Source of the DNA: Psammoneis japonica | Taxonomy: Eukaryota | Assembly (NCBI GenBank): GCA_008632985.1 | Contig: QPGO01000146.1 | Span: forward strand, 186,001-206,757 | Direction of reading: 5' to 3' | Length of the DNA stretch: 20,757 bases | In this document: positions 1 to 9,098 of the stretch, one piece after another | Layout: every line of letters begins with the position of its first letter | Numbering within the stretch: the first letter of the stretch is position 1 | Notes under the pieces: model-generated | The model's database searches: none | Seen by the model: the letters and a program-made list of their open reading frames with translations, nothing else | Told to the model about the DNA's origin: nothing | Translations under genes and position numbers: made by a program

Positions 1-69
1 GTCTCTCGATGACGTAAAGAGGAGGGGATGAAGCGATTGACCAAAGGGGGCTTGCTGTATATCTTCAGT

Positions 70-348
70 CTACGCCAACTCGCCCTTGCGTACTCCAAGT
101 TTCTCAGGCTTCACCTTGTCCTTTCGAATGGGCTTGCCACTTGCAGGAGTCGCTGATACATGAGTTCCCAACACACCCTATATTCATCACGGAGCCAGTA
201 AACATGCAAGACAGGATTAGAACATCAAAGAACATGTCGTGTTCATGAGAGATGATATTACCAAGAACATACTAACCTTCTTTGTGATCTTGTCTGTTTC
301 ACCTTTAGCGATGACTCCAGAGTTCTTGAGCACGTGGATAAGCGTCAT
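70..348 (-). CDS. Small spliced basic protein, 59 aa (exons 348-277 and 177-70): MTLIHVLKNSGVIAKGETDKITKK/GVLGTHVSATPASGKPIRKDKVKPEKLGVRKGELA; function unknown
   Basis: ATG sits in ACCGCC-ATG context after an in-frame TAA and a CAA-rich leader. A 99-bp phase-0 intron at 276-178 has donor AAG|GTTAGT, branch CTAAT and acceptor ATAG|. Splicing gives an open frame to TAG at 72-70. Not in the ORF track. Confidence 0.6.
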
Positions 349-1147
349 GGCGGTGCGGATATATTACTCTCGGTGCTTTTGGTTGATGATGGTAACGATG
401 TCGTTCTTTGCTTTTTAGCGATGCATCAAACGGCGTTTCAGCGTGAAATGGGATGTGGTGAACCTCTGTGAGGCGTTTGGTTTGTGCGATCAAAAATTCT
501 GGATCGCGGATCAAAATCGAAACTTCATACATTCTTTGAGAAATGAATTCATCGTTTGTGCATGTTAGTAATAATACAGATTTTCGATACTGTATCTATT
601 CTCAACGGAAAACGATTAACAGCTCATCAAAAAACCGTTAAATTTCATGTGCATCATCTTTTAGAGATGTCCATTGCACTGATTTTTTTAGGAGAGGTCT
701 CGTAGGCGGGCATTTTGTAGACCAAATCACAGATCTTGATGACGTTTCAATGACGTCATCGATTGATTGCGTAGTTCGTGCGGGCGGACGCGCGCCCCAG
801 CGCGAAGGTCCAAGATCGCCGAGATGTACTGCATGATGGTTCTCCTCAAAAGAACCGGTAGTCACAATGATAAGGTTTCGATTTGTGCGTGTCGTTGAGC
901 GAGAGATGCAGTATTAAAGGAAAAGAGAGCTGAGCCAGGAAGCTGAATCGTCTCTTCTTCTTGGGTGGAAATGGCGCTTGCAGTGCAGTGCAGGGAGGGA
1001 TGCATGAAGTGCGTCTCCCATGAACTTCGCAGATTAAACAAGAAAAATGAAGCACTGAAAGTGTGCTCTCAAGGCAAAGGTTCAACATAACGGAATGAAA
1101 AGCTGTGCTTGCATTTTGGATAAACACTTTCGCTCCTTTGGTGGCTG

Positions 1148-1418
1148 TCATTCTGCATCTTTTCTCTTGGCGACCGGTTCTCTTCGTTGTTGGGTTGGTC
1201 CTCGTTAGACCGCATGTAAGTTCGAGTATGTACGGACCTACCGTAAGCCCTTCGTTTCAAGCGTTGACAACCAGCTTTGATCCATCACTTCGTCCGATAT
1301 CCAGAACCTCGTCATTAGGTTATTCCTTGGTCGCTTTTTGAATAGACCAAAGCCCGAAGCCAGTTTTTGCAGAGTAACGTGTCGGGCAACAGCCAAGCGG
1401 CATGCCGACAGATCGATC
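1148..1418 (-). other. Possible 3' exons of a small or degraded spliced gene (..IDLSACRL..WLSTLETKGLR/EPVAKRKDAE*)
   Basis: Candidate 60-bp intron at 1241-1182 (GTAGGT donor, CTAAC branch, AAG acceptor) and a candidate TGTAG acceptor near 1419. I found no convincing start exon. Confidence 0.2.
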
Positions 1419-1804
1419 CTACAAAGGTTCACCACATTGTTGTGCAATACTCTTCCTTTGATGTATCAACGGTTCTATGACTGGCCACCTGAGCCAGGAG
1501 TATGCAAAAGCGGAAGCTGATTCAACAGAAACTCTGGATAACCTTGGTACTTGTGTTGGACAAGTCTTTTACAGCAATAATTTTCCGTTCACCACCAAGT
1601 CCTCCTTGGCTACCGCCGCATCCCTATCGGGTTCTTTTAATCATTGTTGTGATGTTGTTGAGCAGTGACGAAGCAAAACTACCCTAAGCGAGTGTGCATA
1701 ATGGTCATTTCCTTTTTAAAAATTGTTTCTTATACATTGATTAGTTTGATACTTCATTTTCTGTAAGATGATGTGAAAAGCCTATACCTAAAGGATAGGA
1801 CAAT

Positions 1805-2146
1805 CTAGACACAATTCGGATCATAGAAACACTCACAGCAACCGTCACATTTATCCTTTTCATCTGTGCAAAAGGCCTTTCCCTTGAAATGCCACCAGCG
1901 ACAAGACCAATAGTCCTTGGTGCATTGGTATTTGCATCTGCCAAGATCCCAAGTCGGGTCGCCGGGCGGAATATAGCACCACTTGACAAGGTAGAGTTCC
2001 CTATCATCTAGTTCTTGAAAATTGTCGGTGATACCCTGAGGCAGCATCTCATTGGATGACGAAGGAGAAGAGGCTCGAAGATGGTAGTCCTTTGTTCCGT
2101 TGGCACTAGCGATGAGAAAAAGAATGATGCTGGAAGAAAGCTTCAT
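1805..2146 (-). CDS. Secreted cysteine-rich peptide precursor (113 aa): signal peptide, HLRA..REL propeptide, 10-Cys mature domain
   Basis: MKLSSSIILFLIASANG is a signal peptide. A Ser/acidic prosegment ends in DREL (RXL-type site), followed by a W/Y/K-rich C-terminal domain with 10 Cys including CC. Normal Tyr usage, so it lies outside the mutated block. Confidence 0.8.
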   Translation of the reverse strand: MKLSSSIILFLIASANGTKDYHLRASSPSSSNEMLPQGITDNFQELDDRELYLVKWCYIPPGDPTWDLGRCKYQCTKDYWSCRWWHFKGKAFCTDEKDKCDGCCECFYDPNCV

Positions 2147-3118
2147 GAGGTTTGCAGGGTGTTGATGCGGCGTCTTGGGAGTGTTCTTTATTGTCAGTTT
2201 TGGATTTTGTGAGAGCGGTGCTGGTCCTCATCTGATCCGCATTTGAGGAGTCGTGGCGGGATGCGAACTGGGAACGAGAGTCCGAGTCTTGGATGAGGGG
2301 TCAAAAAGCGAACAGTGAGTCACGAGTCTGATTCACGGATAAAGCCCAAAGGTTTTTATCTCAGCTTCCGGAATGAGTGTCCGTTGAGTCTTTCCTGGCT
2401 AGAGTGGACAGTGATCAGAGTGACTCTGTGGGCCATCAGGTCAGAATGACACATGCAACCAAGGAGAGATCTTGTCACAATTCATGGCCTGGTCAAAGGT
2501 CACAGTGGTCTCACACAGAACTTTTGCCAAAAAGGCGGCAGCTGTGCTGTCTGCTTCACCAGAGTTTCGCGAGCAGGGATGAGGTCATGGCACACAGTGC
2601 TGCTGGAGACTTCAGCTCAGATGCCCAGACAATTGAGTGACTGGCATGGAAGAGGCAGCATCCAGAGCTTTGTGCTTCAATGGTGCGGCGCGGGCACTTC
2701 AGCAGCAGTTTGAATGCCCAGAAGATTTCCCAAGAGCGCACTCATCTTGGAAGCAAGCTTGAAAACTGCTGCCCAAGCTTGTTGCAAAACAAACATGCCA
2801 ACCTTGACTTCAATCATCTTGACCTGCTTTTCTGCATCTGGTTTCCTCAAAGTGCTGCACAGGAAAGGTGCGCCAGGGAGGTTCTTGGGGGCTTCTCCTC
2901 AGCCTGCTGCCTGCAGCAGCGCAAGCTCTTGCGTTTTCAGCACTTTGTGTGCTCCAGCACCAAAGTTGGTCTCAGTGATGCTAGACAAGCAGGCTGCACC
3001 TGGCATCCAACTGGGATCTTGCTTTGTTCTGCTGGGTTGATGCACACTTTGCCCCCATGTGCTTGGCAGACAAGAGCCAGCTCTTCTTGTTGGACCTTCT
3101 TGTGTGTGCTTGTGCAGC

Positions 3119-3138
3119 GGGGGGGGGGGGGGGGGGGG
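3119..3138 (+). repeat. G20 homopolymer (poly-Pro on the minus strand: SPESSPPPPPPR)
   Basis: Twenty consecutive G read directly from the sequence. The length may be unreliable in the assembly. Confidence 0.9.
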
Positions 3139-4064
3139 CTTGACTCTGGAGAAAGTGCTGTTGGCTCTGGAGATGCTTCAAGTGGCAGCAAGTTTCTTTC
3201 TTCTTGCAGGGCTGTTTGCTGGCTGCAGACAGAACAAACAGGTGTCAGACACCTCTGTTTCCTTGTGGCGTTTTTCTGGCAAAACATTCATGTGGGAATT
3301 TTGTGCAACATCAAAAAAGAGATGAAGAGGTTGAATTAAAAAATGCAACAGAGACACACAAAAGTGCAGTGCAACATCAGGAGTGACAATGGCACCCAGG
3401 TGGGGATGAAAACAACATCCACGCTGTGATTTCAGGCACAGCGTGTGCACAACAACACAAACATGACAAATTTGGCTGATGCGCCATTTGGCTCACTCAT
3501 GTGGTCTGTCCAAGTGCTCCAGTTGACCACTCAAGATGATGCCATTGTCATCAACATTCCATGTGGTTGCTGCAAGCAACTCACACAGGAAATGTCAAAA
3601 ATGGCTGGTGGCAATGATGCCCTGAATTCAACTGCAGCCTGCATCCACTGTGAATGTGTGGGCACATGCTGTCTGCACTTGTCACTCACCATGTGACATG
3701 TCTGGTGCAGTTGTCACACACACACATTGATCAATGGTGTCACCAGTGGCGTGCCATTGTCAGCATTGAATGCTGCACAAAAAGCACGGGGACAACTCTT
3801 CTGTTGCATTTGTCTGTCTGTTGCCCACTTGTCTCATGGAACATGCGTGAAAGTTCCCATGCTTTGTGGTCTGTCCATGCTTCATCTGACAACTGTTTGT
3901 TCCTCTGACAACTGCTTGTTTTGCACACAGCCAGGTTGCTGCACACTCAGTCAGCTTTTGAGCACCTTGAGCTGCAGGAGGGGCTTGAGGCACAGCTCCT
4001 GGTGAGAGTTCCAAGCACAACTCAACATTTGCTGCACTGCTGCAAAAAGTGAGTTGGCTCACTC

Positions 4065-5819
4065 TCAAGACTGATGGCTGTGTCTCAAAATTCTGTCAAA
4101 CACACATTTCCTGCGCTGTCTTTTTTGGTTCCTTGTAAAGATGCTCAGGAGGAGTGAGAATCTCATCTTGCAGGTGCTGCACACCAGGGAGCTTTCCCTT
4201 CTCCAGCAGAGTGCAAGAAGTGGGCTGTCTAAGGCACAGTTGCCCCCAACAGCCAGGTGGCTCTGTCTCCTTCTCAGCAGAAAAAAAGTGTTGAAAACAT
4301 CATCAAAGACCACACGGTGTTGGGGAGCAATGTTTCTGATCTCACCCAAGCTGACAAAAAGATCAAGCAAGGCAAGAGCAAGGTTGCAGCTGAGGTGGCT
4401 TCTTTCCAGATGTGAGCGCTGGACTGAAGATGTCGTGTGCCAGGCATCCCCAGCAGGTGTGGACATCTCTCAAGCAATGGCAAGAAGGTGCTGGGGAGCA
4501 AGCAGAAAAGTTTGTTGGCGGCACCCAAGGGTGCTGGGAGCAAAGCAGACATGTTGTGCAGCAACACAATGTGATGCTGCCATGAGCAACAGCCCCCCCT
4601 TGCAGTGAGTTGACGTGTGCAAAGGAGTGCTGCTCTTGCCACAATGGAAGCTGTGGTCAGATGACAATTTGCACACCAAATGCACCACCCAGTGCAAACA
4701 CTTGGGCATTCTGAGCAGTGCCACAGCTGTTGTGCTGCAGCTGACCATGCCCAAGCTGAAAAAGAATCTGGGGGGAAATGCATTGCAGCAAATTGCATCC
4801 TCTGAGTCCCTTTGTGACAGGTGTTGCATGGCCAGCATGCTTGAGCCACCTTCAGGAATGGTGCATTTTGCCCCAACAATGTCAAAAAGGGCCAGCTGCT
4901 TGTTGCACAGAGGCAGGGGTTTCAAAGTCTTTCCGCTTCCACCATTGAGACAAATCTGGGTGTTGACCCACATTTCTTGTTTGTTGGGGTTGGTGGGCTT
5001 TGATGAAGACAGACAACAAGAAGAGCACCAAAGCACAAGAAGTCACACATTGCGTGGCTCCTCAAGCAACACAAAAGTTTGCCCCTGCCCCCCTGCTTCC
5101 TCATGGCAAGCTGGATCTCAAGAGCACAGCAAAGCATTTTGCACTTTTGGCCAGTTGTTTTGAGGACAGGCAACTCAAGACAAGCTGGAGCATGGCTTGA
5201 AACAACAGCAAAAAGCAAAGGTCAGACCTCACAAACTGAGCGCCAAGTTGCTTTGGGCAAGTGAGGAGGAGCTGTTCAGAGCTCATGGCTGGAAGCCCGC
5301 TGCAGAGATTGCACGCCCAGCCAACAACATTTGCAGCTTGGGGAGCACATGGTGTGGGGTCTTGTGCACAAGTTCTTGGAGTGCAGCCAAGAAAGCTGCT
5401 TGCAGCCAGCTTCAAAATGGTGCTGCCCTTGCTGCTGCCATCTTCTTGAGCTCCAACTCAGCCACTCAGCTTGCTGCATCTTTGGCCATTTGCAGCTTCA
5501 GCAGGGCTGTGCAGAGTTTCTTAATTTGAGACTTGAGAGTGGCTGGCTGCAGCACCAGATGGGCAAGTGCCCACAGCTTTGTAGATGACAGAAACCACTC
5601 TGCCTGCTTTGGTGGGTGATGACAGTGCAAGAACAGATGCAAGAGATGCACCCCTGGCTGAGGAAGCTTGTTTGCTGGGCCTTGTTCAGCAACACCACCA
5701 GAGGGACTTGGCTTGGTGATTGCACACTTTTTGGCCCCTCTTTTGCTCTGGAACTGCTGTCCCTTGTGCTGTTGTTTGCCTGGCCTGTGTGCCAGGGCTG
5801 CAGCCCCATTGCTTGACAA
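4065..5819 (-). pseudogene. Fossil long reading frame inside the mutated block
   Basis: ORFs 5466-5819, 4470-5036 and 4065-4466 share one minus frame and are separated by TGA stops, as expected from CGA->TGA. Some segments read as protein-like and helical: TLKSQIKKLCTALLKLQMAKDAAS*VAELELKKMAAARAAPF* and LALALLDLFVSLGEIRNIAPQHRVVFDDVFNTFF. Confidence 0.4.
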
Positions 5820-7789
5820 TGACCTGTGCTTGTCTTTCTCCTTGTCTGATGTGCTGCCACAGCTTCAGCCCAGTTTGGCAGCAGCAAAGGCAGCACTGGC
5901 AGTGCCAAAATGCAGTGCATCTTGAAAGAATGAGAGGGGGCTCATTTTTTGCCCTGTCACCAGGGGTGACAAAAGGGTCAAAAGGTGTGCAGCTGGCTGG
6001 CTTCAGGAGATGAGAGGCTTGTTGTTGGTGGTGGTGGGCTCCAGAAAAATCTCCAACTTTGAGCAGCAGAGATCTCTCAAGAAGAAGCTTGTTTGAGCAA
6101 TGCCCCTTGGCAAGCGCCAAGCCAAGCAATCCCTTGCTGACACCACACTGCTCCAGAAGCATTGCAGCCTTTGGGGAAAGTGCTCATGCACTGACTTTCT
6201 GTGAGCTTGGGACCCACCATTCTGCCCCCCAAGATCTTTTGTGCATGTGGGCAACAGAAAACTCCAGCCAAGGAAAAAGAGCTGCAAAAAGCATTGTGAT
6301 GCCAACAGCAGCTGCGATGCACCCCTCTTCAAATGCTTGCCACCTGGGCTTCCTGCTTGCATGCTTGCCCCAATGTTTGGGCTTGGGGCTGCCTTGTTTG
6401 CCCAATGCTGCACAATGACTTTCAGCCACAGTCAGAGAGAAAAGTGCATTTTGTTGCAATTTTTTTGCTCCTGGCACAGCTCCAGCCCAAAAGGTTTTTT
6501 GCCCACAGGGGCTCTGGGCTCCAGATGACCCTTTTTTGCACACAGCACCAAACAACTTCAGCCTTGCAGCTCAGTGTCAGCCAGCGCCACCTTGCAAAGA
6601 AACTTGGCCACAGTGCTTGTCCATGCAGAGTGCCATCATGAACCCTGAGGCAGCTGGCCACACTTTCTCAGCTTTGTGCACAAGAGATGCATTTGGCAGG
6701 GTCAAGCTGCCAAAAATTGCAAAAAATCATGCCCTTTGTGGGCTGCTGTGGCTGCACAGAAGAGCAACTTTTCACACCCCTGCATCACACCCTCTTTTTT
6801 TTCCCTTGCAAATCATCTGCTTTGGCATGCCAGCACCCAAGGGCTCAAAAAAGAGCTGTGTCACACAAAGAGGACACATCTGCCTGATGATGAAAACAAA
6901 GGCAAAGTGAGTGCCAGGTGCTGTGTGCCGCCAGCAGCACTTCCTTTTTTGTGAGTGCTTTGTCACATTGGCTGCTTCTTCTGGCTGAGGTGAGGCATTT
7001 GTGCATGGAAGAGCAGGCTTTGGACCAGTGCTGGTGTGCTGAGAAGTGGTTGTCAGGGGCACATGCACAGCCAGCAGCAGCCAACAAAAACATGCTTGTC
7101 ATTGCTGGCTGCAGGGTTTGCAATGGCTGCCATGCTGGCTCTTCTGGCATGCATCATCCTCAGCAAGATCATTGCATGACTTCTGCAATGTGGCGCACCT
7201 CAGCTGGAGTGCACCTGCTTTGAGAAAAAGCCAATGCAAAAAGTGCATTTGGACAACATGATTGCAGGCAGGACAAGTGCTGGGCACTCATGTTGCCAGC
7301 TGGGGGTGTCTGATGTTGCTGCTGCTGGGAGTCATTTTTGTTTGCAAGTGCTTCATCATGCTGGCCACTGCAGCATTTGCACAGCAAGACAGGGCTTGCA
7401 CCTGGCATTGTCATCTTCAAGCAGTGCTGGCAAAGCTGTGCAACAAGCTCTTGGTCAAGGGTCAAGCTTTGTGTGGAGAGCTGAGCAGGCTTTGGGGCCA
7501 TCAGAGGTGGCAACACAGTGGTTTCCACTTTCCTTTGTAAAATTTTTAATGTGCATTGTCAACATTGTTGACAAGCAGAATTGAAAAATTGCCAGCAAAA
7601 GTGCTCTGCAAAATGAAGCTGTTTCTTGAATTTCATCTGATGTCTCATTGACTTTTCTTGCACAAGCTTCAATCAAATGCATGCAATGTCAAATTTAATT
7701 GGGATCAAAATCCATTTTTTTTGTGATGCATGGTTTGGTTTTCTTTTGATCACAATCAATTTGAACTTGGTTTTAACTTTGTCCTCCTC

Positions 7790-8290
7790 ACTCACGTGCG
7801 TGTGTGTCTTTGCACGTGTGCAGTCTGCAGCACTTTGCGCACGCACGTGACCCACCTTCATTTTTCTTCATGTTTCCCAGATTTGCACAGCCCGTTGGTC
7901 CACGGCATTTTTAGTGTGTGTTTTGCATGCGCAATTTTCTGCACACTTCACAACAGTGCACCCTCTCCCCAAAGTTTGAAAAACAAGAGCGTGCGCTGTT
8001 GTGACTCACGCGGATCCTGCGTGTGGTCGCAAATCTGCAAATCGACAACCGGCCATGGCAGTGAAAGACTTTGCCCCATTGGCCGATGACAGCGGCTCAA
8101 CGTGTGGTGAAACCTGCCATCCTTCTGGTTGGTCAAGATGGGGTTTTATTTGGGTGCAGCTTGAATTTTGTGATTGCGAGTGTGCTGTCACGAAGCTGCC
8201 GTGTCCAGAATGCTGAGCTCTGGCATGTTGTTGTGTGTTGTGTGCATGCACGTCACAAACCAGCTTTTCTGCAGCGTTGGCATGATCGCG
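7790..8290. promoter_or_regulatory. CpG-retaining island inside the mutated block; possible former promoter upstream of a fossil minus-strand gene starting near 7682
   Basis: Many CG sites remain (cacgtgcg, gcgcacgcacgtga, cacgcggatcc, atcgacaaccgg, gatcgcg), but only 2 TA were seen. The promoter role is inference from position. Confidence 0.35.
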
Positions 8291-8324
8291 CATGCCAGAG
8301 TTTTGCATCCAGAATCATCACAAG

Positions 8325-8618
8325 TTGCCACAAATTACACTGTTCAAACAAGGCATGTGCAAAAAGAGGTTCATTGGTTTTTGATGCATTCGCCAACAAC
8401 ACATCCGTCTTCTCCAATTTCTGTGTCCAGACCCAGAAAGACTGCAGGCGGTGCTTGTTCCTGCAGCTCTCAGAATCACACATGTGAAAAGTTCTTTGCC
8501 ATGCATGAAACTCTTCAAAAAAGGCATGCACAAAAAGAGCTTCATTCATTTTTGATGTGTTCACTTACGTTGCATCCGTCTTCTCCAATTTCTGCACCCA
8601 GATCCAGAAAGACCGCAG
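8325..8618 (+). repeat. Diverged direct repeat, ~123 bp units at 8325-8447 and 8496-8618 (period 171 bp)
   Basis: Ungapped alignment with shared cores aaggcatg..caaaaagag and catccgtcttctccaatttctg..ccagaaagac. Many mismatches are CA<->TG or CG<->CA/TG. Confidence 0.9.
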
Positions 8619-8765
8619 AGGCAGAGAGTGGGGAGGCAACCCATTGGAGGTTGCCTGAGTTGTTGGGCTCATTTTAAAAGGCTTCCCAAGTCTCTCTGCT
8701 GTTTGTGGTCAAGAGCAGGGGGGGTCGACTGCAACAATTGCAGCAGCTGCCAATTCCATGTCGAT

Positions 8766-9098
8766 GGGTCGGGAACCAGCAGCAGAAGCTCCCAAATTGG
8801 CAGTGGCAGATGCACCTGCAAGTCTGCATTGCAGCTTCAATTGGTTGCTGTTGTTGTCCTGTGCACTCTCTCACAAAGCATTTTACATTCATGTTTGCAA
8901 TGAACAAGGTGGATCAGAGCAATGTTGCTTCACACCTGACTGGCCCAGAATCAGCTTTGATGCGGGGTCGGGAGCCGGCAGCAGAAGCGACCAAATCTGC
9001 CACGGCGGATGCACCAGCAAGTCTGTGTTGCGGTTTCAATTGGTTGCTGTTGTTGTTCCATGCACTCTCACAAAGTGTTTTGCACTTCTTTGCAATGA
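8766..9098 (+). repeat. Diverged direct repeat, ~135 bp units at 8766-8903 and 8965-9098 (period ~199 bp)
   Basis: Shared gggtcggga.cc.gcagcagaagc, ttcaattggttgctgttgttgt and tttgcaatga. Mismatches are concentrated at CA/TG/CG/TA positions. Confidence 0.9.

Noticed and set aside
2338..2402. Imperfect hairpin gataaagcc-caaa-ggtttttatc followed by CTAG as a Helitron 3' end
   Set aside because: The hairpin is AT-rich, CTAG is ~40 nt away and not followed by T, and no matching 5' end or Rep/helicase remnant was seen.
3885..3920. 19-bp tandem duplication tctgacaactg(t/c)ttgtt
   Set aside because: Real, but a trivial local slippage event with no functional support.
7558..7572. Palindrome gtcaaca-t-tgttgac
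   Set aside because: Short palindromes are expected by chance in CA/TG-rich sequence.
8325..9098. CRISPR array or LTR pair
   Set aside because: There are only two copies of each unit, each over 120 bp, diverged and adjacent. The context is eukaryotic, with no spacers or enclosed retroelement.
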